From assembly GCA_964489835.1 (NCBI GenBank), contig CAZBBC010000001.1:71564-135563 (forward strand): a stretch of DNA of 64,000 bases, given 5' to 3'. The notes under the pieces were generated by a model. That model had not been told where the DNA came from. It made no database searches and was given only the letters and a program-made list of their open reading frames with translations. Source of the DNA: an uncultured Calditrichota bacterium. GTDB lineage: Bacteria > Calditrichota > Calditrichia > JAJRVZ01. Both the position numbers and the translations under genes were made by a program. This document shows, one piece after another, positions 1-9,648 of the stretch. Position 1 is the first letter of the stretch. Each line of letters begins with the position of its first letter.

Positions 1-161
1 AGTGATTCGGCTAAGACAGGGAAAAATGCCCAGTCTTTAAATCCTTTAAATCCGTGACAGATAATAATCATCGGGGCGTTTTTAACATCCTCACGGTAAT
101 GAATCTCTGTGCGAATAATTTCAGAATCCGGATTCACTAGAGAAAAATTTTTACGTATCAT
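1..161 (-). CDS. alpha/beta-fold hydrolase, N-terminal fragment (gene continues beyond window start)
   Basis: Hand translation of the minus strand from ATG at 161-159 gives MIRKNFSLVNPDSEIIRTEIHYREDVKNAPMIIICHGFKGFKDWAFFPVLAES... The IIxxHGFxG block resembles the first strand/oxyanion region of alpha/beta hydrolases. Only about 53 codons are visible, so it is below the ORF-track cutoff. Confidence 0.4.
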   Translation of the reverse strand, partial: MIRKNFSLVNPDSEIIRTEIHYREDVKNAPMIIICHGFKGFKDWAFFPVLAES

Positions 162-378
162 AAATATGAAACTCTCCTTTTGGAATTTATTAACAATTTA
201 ATTTTAAGATAAAACGTGTGAAGAAAAGGATAGGGTTGAATCATAGGCCATAGAAAGAAAGATAATAACGTAGATACGATTTTACATATTTTACAACAAA
301 TAATATTACGAAAATAGTCTATTAATAGATAATTGACAAAAAATAATGCGATTTCCGCAGATTCTTAAATGGAAAAAA

Positions 379-714
379 CTATAAACGACTGACAAATTTC
401 GCCAGATCTGTCAGGGTTGGATCCTTGATGAGAGAAAAAGCGGGCATATTATCCCGGCCGTTCTGAATTATATCTTTTATTTCTTCTACAGTCCGGCCAT
501 TGTTTTGAATACTGGGTTTGTCTCCAAATCCCTCGCCACTAGCCCCATGACAACGTGCACAATTATTTTTGTAAACAGCCGTAATTGCGGGTGAAGTCTC
601 TCCCTGTTTTTCAATTGTTCCCGAGCCGGTTATTGTTTTTACCTGATATATAATTAAAACGAAGGCAGCAGCTGCAATTACAACAACAAAAAAGATCAAT
701 GGTGTTTTTTTCAT
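379..714 (-). CDS. monohaem class I c-type cytochrome, membrane-anchored or secreted
   Basis: 111-aa ORF with an N-terminal hydrophobic helix (LIFFVVVIAAAAFVLIIY), a single CxxCH haem motif (CARCH) and a distal Met context (RDNMPAF). GAGGA lies about 7 nt upstream of the ATG. Confidence 0.85.
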   Translation of the reverse strand: MKKTPLIFFVVVIAAAAFVLIIYQVKTITGSGTIEKQGETSPAITAVYKNNCARCHGASGEGFGDKPSIQNNGRTVEEIKDIIQNGRDNMPAFSLIKDPTLTDLAKFVSRL

Positions 715-887
715 AACGATGTCCTCTTCATTCTGCGGAATTAAGGTTATTTTTTAGTTCCAAATGAAAACAGTGAAAACTATCACCAAAGGTTTTTTTA
801 ACGAGAGTTATCTGGAAATTTTGTTGTTAATAAATTTGTCGGATGATAACTAACATTACAAAAATAGAGTAAAAAGGGCAACATATT

Positions 888-1352
888 TTATCTCAAACCC
901 TTTAAATCATTTAACAAATCTGCTGCATGCAATTTTACATTTACCTTTGGGTAAACTTTTGTGATTATACCAACCGGATCAATTAAATAGGTTGAACGAA
1001 TAATGCCCATAAAGGATTTTCCATAAAGGGATTTTTGTTTCCATACATCATATTTTTCGCATACTTCGCCTGATTCATCGCTCAGCAATAAAAAGGGTAA
1101 CTGATACTTTTCTGAAAATTTTTTATGACGCATGGCACTATCTTTACTAATGCCAAGGATAACGGTATCCATCATTTGAAAGTTTGGGAAGTCATCACGA
1201 AAATTACAGGCTTCCGTTGTACATCCCGGTGTCATATCTTTTGGATAAAAATAGATAATCACCCACTTTCCGCGATAATCACCCAGGGAGTGCTTATTAC
1301 CTTCCTGGTCAGTAAGTGAAAAATCCGGGGCCATAGTACCCTGTTCTAACAT
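888..1352 (-). CDS. bcp: thioredoxin-dependent thiol peroxidase (peroxiredoxin, BCP type)
   Basis: 154 aa. The signature YFYPKDMTPGCTTEAC (peroxidatic and resolving Cys, CxxxxC) and the overall length are typical of Bcp/PrxQ. AGGAGG lies 8 nt upstream of the ATG. Confidence 0.9.
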   Translation of the reverse strand: MLEQGTMAPDFSLTDQEGNKHSLGDYRGKWVIIYFYPKDMTPGCTTEACNFRDDFPNFQMMDTVILGISKDSAMRHKKFSEKYQLPFLLLSDESGEVCEKYDVWKQKSLYGKSFMGIIRSTYLIDPVGIITKVYPKVNVKLHAADLLNDLKGLR

Positions 1353-1724
1353 GTAATAATCCTCCTGCTTATAATTTCATAAAACATGTAATTTATTATA
1401 TGGGTATAAAATTATGCAACATAAGAATTCCCGAAAACCATATGGTCTTCACAATATGGTTTATAGTGATTATTTGAAAACAATCATCCATCAGCACCTG
1501 TTATAATGCAAAATTCTTGAGGTTAAATAACAAAAGCAAAAAAAAATAAAAAAACTCAACTTTTCTCTCAAAACAATGATAATAGGATATATACTTATGC
1601 TTCCCCAATCTAGTAGGTAAAACCTTGCTTTTTTAGAGGTTGTGGTTTAAATTAAAATTCATTTAACTATATATAAATTCAATTAGTTGCATCCGGTAAC
1701 CACCATTTTATAGTGGAGTATAAT

Positions 1725-4700
1725 ATGAAAAAGTTTGACCATTTCTATGCAAACGTAATGGTTTTTATCATCGCAATGGTCCTTCTTAATTCCTCTATGG
1801 CAATGGCGCAGAGAGCAAGCGCCGAATTTATTTCTTCGATTCTACCAACCCATTTGGAAACCGGCCAGGAAATTAAAGATGGCATTCAGAACGTTTCTTA
1901 TAGTGATAATGTTTTATATGTCGTTAACATTTGGGCAGGTATACAGGTTGTTGATGTTTCGGACAAGGCAAATCCTAAAGAAATCGGAAAATATCAGAAT
2001 GAACATCGCGCTCATAATTTTTATATACAAGGTAACTATGGCTATCTATCCGACGAACTTGAGGGGGTTCAAATACTTGATATTTCCAACCCGCGAGCAA
2101 TTACCCGGGTGGGAAGAATAGAAACTACCGGCAATGCGTTTTGGGTAGTTGCTGACCTTCCCTATGTGTATGTTGCTGAGGAAGAGAATGGTGTGGTTGT
2201 TTATGATGTAACGAATATGTCCAGTCCCCAGGTTCTTGGAAAATATGATACCCCCGGCTGGGCGTGGGAATTAATCCTCAGCGAAAATATTGTCTATGTT
2301 GCTGATAAATCCGGCGGATTGCAGATTTTAGATTTTTCTGATAAAAATAATCCGGTTCGGATAGGTCAATTTCTCGGACCTAAAAATGCCCGTTCTATTT
2401 CACTGGAAGATAATTTAATTTTTATGGCAGATGGTGCGGAATGTGTATGTATCATCGACGTGAGTAATCCAAAATTTCCTGCTCTTATAAATAAAATGAG
2501 TGTGGATGGATATATTGCCGACGTTTTTAAATCTGGAAAAAATTTATTTATGGCCAATGAAACACAGCAGAGTATGGAAATTCTTGATGTCTCATCCCTT
2601 CCCAACCTGATACCGGGGGGCAGTTATCAGGCAGAAGATAAGATATATGGTCTGTGGAAGGAAGATGTGTATGTCTTTGTTGCGGCAAACAGTAAGACAT
2701 TAATTTTACGTTATAATAGTCCTCCAAAGTTGGCAGTTATTGAGGATCGCGTTCACAATGAGCAGGAAGCTGTGACAATAACCGCGGAGGCCTTTGATCC
2801 CGACGGGGATGTACTCTTTTTTGAAGTTGAAAATCTTCCTGAAGGCGCTGTTTTTGACAGTTTAAATGGTACCCTGACCTGGATACCCACTTTTGAACAA
2901 TCAGGCGTCTATACCGACATAACTATACGTGTTGTCGAATTTACTGACAGTCGATTGACGGATGAAAAGCACTTTACCATTACAATTAATCATGTTAACC
3001 GTCCGCCCTCTTTACCTGAAGTTGAAGACCAAAGAGTTAATGAAAATGATATCCTTACGTTTGAAATTGCCGAGGGTTCAGATGAGGATAAAGAAGATCT
3101 CGGACAGCTGGTTTACTCAGTTGAAAACCTTCCGGAAGGTGCTTCCTTTGATCCGCTAAAGCGTGTATTTTCGTGGAAACCCACCTATGAACAATCAGGA
3201 ATTTATTCTCTTGATTTTGTTGTTTCCGATCAGGCCGGAGGTATTGATCGTGATGCCTGCACCATTACGGTCAGTCATGTGGATCGTAAACCGGTAATTC
3301 AGGCCATTGCTCCTATAACCATCAATGAAAATGAATTATTGGAATTTACAGTTAAGGGTCAGGATCCAGACAAGGAAGACCAAAAGGCCATATCATTCAG
3401 GGTTATTGGTCTCCCTGAAGGCGCCACTTTCTCAACAAAAGACAATAAAGTATCCTGGACACCCAGTTATGATCAATCGGGAACGTATGAAAACTTAACT
3501 TTTATAATGAAAGCCGGAAATTTATCTGATACGACAGTTACCAGTATAACTGTCCGACATATAAACAGACCCCCGGTAATGTACGATATCGCCGGACAAA
3601 CGGTTGAAGAAAATAAAACACTAAGATTTGATATTGGCGGAGCTGATCCCGACACAGAAGATCAGGGAAAACTGATATATTCAGCCTCGAATCTTCCCGA
3701 AGGCGCAGCTTTTCATCCTGATTCCATGTTTTTTTCCTGGATACCCACCTATGAACAATCGGGTACTTATGACAATGTGGTCTTTACCGTCACCGATCCA
3801 TCGGGCCTTAAAGCTACCAGAACAACGACCATAAAAGTTAATCATGTTAATCGACCGCCGGTTCTCAATCAGCCACCAGTGCAAACTGTTGATGAAAATT
3901 CACCATTGACATTTAATTTAGAAGGAAATGATCCCGATAAAGAAGATCAAAACAGCCTTAAATATAGTGCAAAAAAATTACCAGAAGGTGCTGCTCTTGA
4001 GGGAACCAGGTTCAGCTGGATACCTACATTTGAACAGTCCGGGGATTATACCGTAGACTTTACTTTAAGCGATGGCCAGCAATCGGATACGAAATCTGTA
4101 AAAATAACCGTAAATCATATAAATCGTATGCCAGCGATCGAACCAATAGAGCCACAGGTTGTAGATGAAAATAAGCCGCTTCAAATAAAAGTTATTGGGA
4201 CAGATCCGGACAAAGAGGATACCGGGAAGTGGACTCTCGCGGCAAATCAACTCCCGGAAGGGGCGGTTTTTTCTCCTCAATCTGCTATGTTTTCGTGGAC
4301 CCCGACGTTTGAGCAATCCGGTACATATTCAGTGACTTTCACTAATACAGATGAAAAGGGTCTGACAGCAACCCAAGAGGCGAAAATCACGGTTAACCAT
4401 ATTAATCGTATCCCCGTTTTTAATCCTATATCGCCCTTAACTGTAGATGAAAATACGCCTGTAAATTTTGTTGTGCCAGCCGGTGAGGATCCGGATATTG
4501 AAGATGCACAGAAATTGACATACACGGTTCAGAATTTGCCGGAAGGAGCAACCTTCGATCCGGTAACCCGCACCCTAAACTGGACCCCAACCTATGATCA
4601 GTCAGGAATATATGAAATTCCGATTTTGCTGACAGATGGTGAATTTAATGTAACACAGATCATCTCCATATCAGTAACTCATGTCAATCGTGCACCAACG

Positions 4701-5843
4701 CTGCCCGATATCCCTGATCAAACCGTCGATGAAAACCAGGTGTTTAATTATACTGTTCAATTCAACGATCCTGATAAGGAAGATGAGGGAAAACTAAAAC
4801 TGAGTGCGTCTAATTTGCCGGAGGGAATGACTTTTAATAGCGCTAGCGGTGTTTTACAATGGACACCAACATACAATCAGGCGGGAACCTATCCAGGTCT
4901 TCAACTGATGGTACAGGATGCTGCCGGATTAAAAGCGGAGAAATCTTTTACGGTAACAGTGACAAATGTTAACCGTTCCCCCCAATTAACGTCGGTTCCT
5001 AATCAAACGGTATTGGAAAACGCGGTACTGTCTGTCACATTGCAAGGAACAGATCCTGATGAAGAAGACATTGGCAAACTACAATATTCCGCTGAAAATC
5101 TACCCAGTGGAGCAATCCTTGATCCGATAGCAGGTACTTTAAATTGGACACCTAATTACACCCAGGCCGGTTCCTATGACTTAAAAGTGAAGGTTACCGA
5201 TACCGGCGGATTAACAGCAGAAACCTCTGTCTTGGCTGAAGTTATGGATGTGAACCGCTCACCACAGATTCAATCGGTTGAGGCAAAAACAGTGAAAGAA
5301 GGGGCCGCGTTGACCTTCGCTTTATCGGCAAGCGATGAAGATACAGACAACACACTTACCTTTAGTATTGATAATCTTCCGGCCGGGGCAAATCTGAATC
5401 CTGATAATGGAAATTTTTCATGGACCCCTGATTTTGATCAGGCGGGAGATTATACCCTGTCGGCCAAAGTTTCTGATAAAACCGCAGAAAGTACTACAAC
5501 AATATCAATTATAGTAAATAATATCAACCGGGTACCGGTGATAGAGGGAGATGTTTCCATCAGTGTAACCGTTGGTGAAAATGCTGAATTCAGTTTTTCT
5601 GCCTCAGATCCTGATGGCGATAATCTTACTTTTACTGCCACTGATATACCAGAAGGAGCTCGCCTGGATCCTGGAAGTGGAAAGATCAGTTGGACACCAT
5701 CGGAAGATCAGATCGGAAATTTTTCATTTACCGTAACAGTATCAGATGGTGTTGATAATGCGGAGGCAACGGGTCGTATAACTGTAAACCCCAAGCCTGC
5801 GATTCAGGATCAAACACCGGCTGATTCTATAAAGCAGAACTAA
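1725..5843 (+). CDS. large secreted/surface protein: N-terminal LVIVD-repeat beta-propeller followed by 11 tandem cadherin/Ig-like (He_PIG / dystroglycan-type cadherin-like) domains
   Basis: Start moved to ATG 1725 (GGAG about 8 nt upstream); the ORF-track start 1713 is GTG. Signal peptide: MKKFDHFYANVMVFIIAMVLLNSSMAMA-Q. Residues ~60-330 carry six LVIVD-type blades (GIQVVDVSD, GVQILDISNP, GVVVYDVTN, GLQILDFSD, CVCIIDVSNP, MEILDVSS). Residues 336-1359 are repeated modules. I recognised no C-terminal sorting signal. Confidence 0.85.
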   Translation: MKKFDHFYANVMVFIIAMVLLNSSMAMAQRASAEFISSILPTHLETGQEIKDGIQNVSYSDNVLYVVNIWAGIQVVDVSDKANPKEIGKYQNEHRAHNFYIQGNYGYLSDELEGVQILDISNPRAITRVGRIETTGNAFWVVADLPYVYVAEEENGVVVYDVTNMSSPQVLGKYDTPGWAWELILSENIVYVADKSGGLQILDFSDKNNPVRIGQFLGPKNARSISLEDNLIFMADGAECVCIIDVSNPKFPALINKMSVDGYIADVFKSGKNLFMANETQQSMEILDVSSLPNLIPGGSYQAEDKIYGLWKEDVYVFVAANSKTLILRYNSPPKLAVIEDRVHNEQEAVTITAEAFDPDGDVLFFEVENLPEGAVFDSLNGTLTWIPTFEQSGVYTDITIRVVEFTDSRLTDEKHFTITINHVNRPPSLPEVEDQRVNENDILTFEIAEGSDEDKEDLGQLVYSVENLPEGASFDPLKRVFSWKPTYEQSGIYSLDFVVSDQAGGIDRDACTITVSHVDRKPVIQAIAPITINENELLEFTVKGQDPDKEDQKAISFRVIGLPEGATFSTKDNKVSWTPSYDQSGTYENLTFIMKAGNLSDTTVTSITVRHINRPPVMYDIAGQTVEENKTLRFDIGGADPDTEDQGKLIYSASNLPEGAAFHPDSMFFSWIPTYEQSGTYDNVVFTVTDPSGLKATRTTTIKVNHVNRPPVLNQPPVQTVDENSPLTFNLEGNDPDKEDQNSLKYSAKKLPEGAALEGTRFSWIPTFEQSGDYTVDFTLSDGQQSDTKSVKITVNHINRMPAIEPIEPQVVDENKPLQIKVIGTDPDKEDTGKWTLAANQLPEGAVFSPQSAMFSWTPTFEQSGTYSVTFTNTDEKGLTATQEAKITVNHINRIPVFNPISPLTVDENTPVNFVVPAGEDPDIEDAQKLTYTVQNLPEGATFDPVTRTLNWTPTYDQSGIYEIPILLTDGEFNVTQIISISVTHVNRAPTLPDIPDQTVDENQVFNYTVQFNDPDKEDEGKLKLSASNLPEGMTFNSASGVLQWTPTYNQAGTYPGLQLMVQDAAGLKAEKSFTVTVTNVNRSPQLTSVPNQTVLENAVLSVTLQGTDPDEEDIGKLQYSAENLPSGAILDPIAGTLNWTPNYTQAGSYDLKVKVTDTGGLTAETSVLAEVMDVNRSPQIQSVEAKTVKEGAALTFALSASDEDTDNTLTFSIDNLPAGANLNPDNGNFSWTPDFDQAGDYTLSAKVSDKTAESTTTISIIVNNINRVPVIEGDVSISVTVGENAEFSFSASDPDGDNLTFTATDIPEGARLDPGSGKISWTPSEDQIGNFSFTVTVSDGVDNAEATGRITVNPKPAIQDQTPADSIKQN
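2718..5789 (+). repeat. 11 tandem in-frame ~93-aa (about 279-bp) domain repeats inside the surface-protein gene
   Basis: Each module reads approximately V(D/N)EN..L.F.V.G.DPDxED...L.YS..NLPEGA.F......FSWTPT(Y/F)(E/D)QSGTY.V.F.V.D........I.V.H(V/I)NR.P. Boundaries were counted by hand from the HVNRPP/HINRMP/NVNRSP-type linkers. Conservation is mainly at the protein level. Confidence 0.85.
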
Positions 5844-5868
5844 CCGTTGACCACCGAATTTGATTTTG

Positions 5869-6489
5869 ATGATGCGTATCCTTCAAAGTATAAAAAAACG
5901 GTCAAAAAACTATTTCTTATCCGGCATATTGGTCGTTGTTCCAATTGTCATTACTATTTTTGTTTTAAAGGCGATTTTCACCTTTCTGGATGAGTTGCTG
6001 TTACCCTATTTAAGACCGCAACTCGGATATTGGGTGCCCGGCATTGGTATTATTATCATGTTGGTCGGTATATATCTGGTCGGTATTTTTGTAACCAATT
6101 TTCTTGGTAAAAAATTTATCAATCTCGGGGAAAGAATTGTACTAAAAATTCCCATTGCCAAGTCTATTTACGGATCTGTTAAGCAGATATTAGAAACATT
6201 TTCTTTTAAGACAGATCAATCAGGTAAAAAAGTTGTAATGGTAGAATATCCGAAAGAAAATGTATGGTCGATTGGATTGGTTAATGGAGAAATAACTCAT
6301 CCTGAAAGTAAAGAAAAATTATATAATATCCTTATAATTGCCGCCATTAACCCCGCTTCTGGTTTTTTTATTCTTGTTCCTCAAGCTAATATACTGCATC
6401 TGAATATTACAGTAGAGGAAGCTATGAAATGGATTGTCTCCGGTGGCATTGTTACACCCGATCAGTTCAAGCTCTCGCGAAACGTATAA
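5869..6489 (+). CDS. DUF502 family membrane protein
   Basis: The N-terminal pattern KNYFLSGILVVVPIVITIFVLKAIFTFLDELL, a second TM (GIGIIIMLVGIYLVGIF) and IPIAKSIYGSVKQI match the DUF502 signature as I remember it. The track start 5860 is TTG; ATG at 5869/5872 is more likely. Confidence 0.75.
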   Translation: MMRILQSIKKRSKNYFLSGILVVVPIVITIFVLKAIFTFLDELLLPYLRPQLGYWVPGIGIIIMLVGIYLVGIFVTNFLGKKFINLGERIVLKIPIAKSIYGSVKQILETFSFKTDQSGKKVVMVEYPKENVWSIGLVNGEITHPESKEKLYNILIIAAINPASGFFILVPQANILHLNITVEEAMKWIVSGGIVTPDQFKLSRNV

Positions 6490-6562
6490 AATGATAAATA
6501 AGGTTAAATCAATTATATTTTCGGCATTCTCTCCCAAGAATACCCGGAAGAATCTTTAATTG

Positions 6563-6976
6563 TTATTTTTTACCGCCCTGTTTATTTTGTTTCTGTTCTC
6601 CGCCTTTTTGGGCCTGATTTTCCAGGGGTCCCCCTCCTCTTTGCTCCTGCCGGACATTATTTTCCTGTTCTTGCTTTTCAATAGTATTCTGTAAATTATC
6701 GTTAATGCCATCGCCATCCAAATCGACAAAACGTTGTCTTTTTTTATTTTCTTTTAATTTTTGCCAATCCGAATCTAACCCATTAGGAATTCCATCGCCA
6801 TCATGATCAGGGGCATTATCATTATATCCATCCCCGTTTTTATCTATAAATTGCTGTTCACCTGATTTAATATTAGTATTCTTGTCTGTTCTGGTGGTAT
6901 CCTGGGCCAGGAGGCCGTGGAAAGGAAAACTCATCATCATAATGATAGATATAAATAGTAGCGTTTCTTTTTTCAT
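6563..6976 (-). CDS. secreted Asp-rich protein with thrombospondin-type-3-like Ca-binding repeats (short paralogue)
   Basis: Signal peptide MKKETLLFISIIMMMSFPFHGLLA-QD. Repeats: DKNGDGYNDNAPDHDGDGIPNGLDSD and DLDGDGINDN. Q/K/G-rich tail. It lies 24 bp downstream of the sigma-54 regulator gene on the same strand. Confidence 0.7.
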   Translation of the reverse strand: MKKETLLFISIIMMMSFPFHGLLAQDTTRTDKNTNIKSGEQQFIDKNGDGYNDNAPDHDGDGIPNGLDSDWQKLKENKKRQRFVDLDGDGINDNLQNTIEKQEQENNVRQEQRGGGPLENQAQKGGEQKQNKQGGKK

Positions 6977-7000
6977 TTTTAACCCTTTTATACTTTTAAG

Positions 7001-8380
7001 TTACTGACGTTTAGTATTAATTATATTCATTTTTTGCATTCGGGAGCGTAAATGTCGTTCAGAAATACCTAATAATTTTGCGGCTTGGCTTTGATTGCCC
7101 TTTTTTAATTCCAAGGCTTCATCAATCATTGTATTTTCAAAAGCGGCAACTTTTTCGATATAAGAATCTGTGAAATCATGGGGATCTAAAATCGCCCGCT
7201 CGGTGGATATTGATAATCCGGCCGGTAGATCATTGGTTGTGATCATGGTTTCTCGTGACATGACGATGGCACGTTCGATGATGTTTTCCAATTCGCGAAT
7301 ATTACCCGGAAAATGATAGCGCATCAGGTAATCCTGTCCCTCCTTACTGATACCACTGATATTTTTTCCGTTTTCCTTTGAATATTTGTCAAGAAAAAAA
7401 CGGATCAGGATAGGAATATCTGATTTTCGTTCACGTAACGGAGGTAAATTGATGGTAACGACATTGATCCGGTAAAACAGATCTTCACGAAAACGTCCCT
7501 CTTTGATCATCTGTATAAGATTTCTATTGGTAGCAGTAATTACACGTACATCTACTTTCAGGGTTTTTGCGCCTCCGACTCTTTCAAATTCTCCGAATTG
7601 CAGAGCACGTAATAATTTTACCTGAGTCTGAAGTGGAATGTCTCCTATTTCATCGATAAAAAGAGTGCCACCATCGGCTTGCTCAAATCTACCAGCACGT
7701 TGTGATATCGCACCGGTGAAAGATCCTTTTTCATGTCCGAAAAGTTCACTTTCAAGTAAATTCTCAGAAAGAGCGGCACAATTTACAGTAATAAGTGGCT
7801 TATCTCTTCTGTCACTGCCGTAATGAATCGCTTTGGCTATCAGTTCTTTTCCTGTACCACTTTCACCACAGATAAGTGCGGTTGCTTTGCTTTTTGCAAC
7901 ACGACCGGCAGTATTCAGAACCTCTTCCATTTCTCCGCTCTGGGAAATAATGGCGTCAAATTTGTATTTTTCTTTGAGTTGTTCCTTTAGTAATTTATTC
8001 TCAGAAACAAGGTAGCGATGATCTTTTGCTTTCCTGACAAGAATCTCTAATTCATCCAGGTCCACGGGTTTTGATAAATAATCAAAAGCTCCTTCTTTCA
8101 TAACCTGAACAGCATCACCTGTATCGCTGAATGCAGTAATAACAACCACTGGAATTTCCGGATTGAAACGTTTGATCTGCTGCACGACTTCCAAACCATT
8201 CATTTCAGACATCCGGAAATCAGTTAAAACCAGATCAATATTTCCACTATAAATAATAGAAAGACCTTCAGCGCCTGAATTTGCAGACAATACTGTATAA
8301 TTGCGGCGTTTTAAAAAAGATTTAATTGAGGTGATTTGTGCTGGTTCGTCATCAATCAATAGTATACGAAAATCGTTCAT
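7001..8380 (-). CDS. sigma-54-dependent two-component response regulator (NtrC/ZraR/AtoC family)
   Basis: REC domain (ILLIDDE ... DLVLTDFRMSEMNG ... KP). AAA+ domain with Walker A GESGTGKE, the sigma-54 contact loop ESELFGHEKGSFTGA and an R-finger region. C-terminal Fis-type HTH (QSQAAKLLGISERHLRSRM). Confidence 0.93.
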   Translation of the reverse strand: MNDFRILLIDDEPAQITSIKSFLKRRNYTVLSANSGAEGLSIIYSGNIDLVLTDFRMSEMNGLEVVQQIKRFNPEIPVVVITAFSDTGDAVQVMKEGAFDYLSKPVDLDELEILVRKAKDHRYLVSENKLLKEQLKEKYKFDAIISQSGEMEEVLNTAGRVAKSKATALICGESGTGKELIAKAIHYGSDRRDKPLITVNCAALSENLLESELFGHEKGSFTGAISQRAGRFEQADGGTLFIDEIGDIPLQTQVKLLRALQFGEFERVGGAKTLKVDVRVITATNRNLIQMIKEGRFREDLFYRINVVTINLPPLRERKSDIPILIRFFLDKYSKENGKNISGISKEGQDYLMRYHFPGNIRELENIIERAIVMSRETMITTNDLPAGLSISTERAILDPHDFTDSYIEKVAAFENTMIDEALELKKGNQSQAAKLLGISERHLRSRMQKMNIINTKRQ

Positions 8381-8423
8381 TCCTGATACCCCTCTCTATT
8401 GGATATTAATGGCCTCGTTAATC

Positions 8424-9587
8424 TTAAAAGGTCCACTGTATGCCTCCGCCCAAAATAGCATTCTTGTATTTATACCAATAACTGTTCGAGTCATTTTCGA
8501 TATACCCATAATAGAAATTGACTTTGAGTAAATTGAGCCAGCTCTTATTGATGTAAAACGATTTATAGAAATTGAAATAAATACTTTTCTGATCGTCAAC
8601 CCGTGTTCCACCCAACCCAACAGTATCATCCGCTGTTGTATAAGCCTGTTCACTGATATAATTTTTAGAAAAGAGGGAGCCGCCAATTTGTACTTTCATC
8701 GACCAGGGAAGTATCCATGTTAATCCTGAAGAGACACTGCTGCTTTCAAAACTAAAAGGGTCGTCAAATAATTCTTCGTCCTGATAATAACTATCGGTAT
8801 TGATATACTTGATTTGATCGGTTAGGCTGATTTGTCGTCGATATTGGATAAAGATACCTAAATTTTCATGTAACGATTGTGCAAGACGTGTTAAAACAAT
8901 CGCCTGCTGTAAGCTGGGAATCTCTGTCATCGTGATTATTTGAGATTCCTCAACCATATTGCCCCGCCCACGTCCACTCCCCAAGGATGTTGTGTATGTA
9001 TTCTCGCCAGCAAATGATTTATATCCGAAGTCAGCTTCAAAAATAATTGTTGTTCGGGAGGCAAAAGATTTATTAGCCTGGAGAAAAACAAAGTGACGAA
9101 AATTGTTTAAATCCGGCAAGTTTGAATAATTTCGATAACGGAAATTATAACCGGCTTTCACAAATAAGAAATCAAGATCAAAACGTATGTTGGAATATAA
9201 ATATATCTGTGTATAATCATAGTAATTATAGTCCTCGCCATTCAGACGCATTGTCCCATCACTTCCCAGATATAGGGTATGACGATCTTCATTGCCAAAA
9301 GAATAATTGTAATTTAATCCAAATTCGTGTAAAGAAAAATTACGATCGTATGTGTCCCGGTATAGAAGAAAACTTCCCCTGTAGTGCAGGTTCATATTTG
9401 AATCATCCGGACGATAGTTTAAACTCATCTCAATATTAGTCAATAAATCCTGTGTTGGTGTTGGAGAGCGGAATAAATTATCATCATAGTAAGATGAAAT
9501 TTCAAGATTCTTGGTAAACTGGGCCTGCATTTGATTGGCGCATGATAGGATAAAGCCAATGGTTAAAATATATTTAAATGTCTTCAA
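8424..9587 (-). CDS. predicted outer-membrane beta-barrel protein (family not recognised)
   Basis: The track ORF starts at TTG 9647, but its first 20 codons overlap a -24/-12-type promoter. In-frame TTG at 9587 gives a canonical signal peptide (KTFKYILTIGFILSCANQMQA-QF). The sequence is Tyr/Asn/Gly-rich with an alternating pattern throughout and has a C-terminal aromatic end ...GGGIQWTF. Confidence 0.6.
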   Translation of the reverse strand: MKTFKYILTIGFILSCANQMQAQFTKNLEISSYYDDNLFRSPTPTQDLLTNIEMSLNYRPDDSNMNLHYRGSFLLYRDTYDRNFSLHEFGLNYNYSFGNEDRHTLYLGSDGTMRLNGEDYNYYDYTQIYLYSNIRFDLDFLFVKAGYNFRYRNYSNLPDLNNFRHFVFLQANKSFASRTTIIFEADFGYKSFAGENTYTTSLGSGRGRGNMVEESQIITMTEIPSLQQAIVLTRLAQSLHENLGIFIQYRRQISLTDQIKYINTDSYYQDEELFDDPFSFESSSVSSGLTWILPWSMKVQIGGSLFSKNYISEQAYTTADDTVGLGGTRVDDQKSIYFNFYKSFYINKSWLNLLKVNFYYGYIENDSNSYWYKYKNAILGGGIQWTF

Positions 9588-9630
9588 TGTATTTTCCCTA
9601 TAAGTTCTTTTCTGTTTTTGTATAAAATAC

Positions 9631-9648
9631 AACAAAAATGATGCCAAA
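9631..9648 (-). promoter_or_regulatory. candidate sigma-54 (-24/-12) promoter for the barrel / response-regulator / short Asp-rich-protein unit
   Basis: The minus strand reads TTGGCATCATTTTTGTT, i.e. TGGCAT-N5-TTGT with exact GG-N10-G(T) spacing. It lies about 45 nt upstream of the TTG start at 9587. The -12 element is GT rather than the consensus GC. Confidence 0.45.

Noticed and set aside
318-329. Perfect 12-bp palindrome TCTATTAATAGA between the cytochrome c gene and the hydrolase gene.
   Set aside because: It is composed almost entirely of A/T in very A/T-rich intergenic DNA, so a chance occurrence is plausible. No second copy or associated regulator gene was seen.
1879-5641. Multiple 60-85-aa ORFs on both strands inside the surface-protein gene: 1879-2121, 2366-2605, 2962-3159, 3473-3655, 3681-3884, 4065-4316, 4277-4525 and 5450-5641.
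   Set aside because: All are nested in the 4.1-kb ORF, whose repeat structure and signal peptide give strong coding evidence. Their translations are low-complexity or unremarkable. These are shadow ORFs.
8396-9439. ORFs 8396-8686 (-), 8301-8531 (+) and 9122-9439 (+), which overlap the barrel and regulator genes.
   Set aside because: They overlap better-supported genes in other frames and have no motifs.
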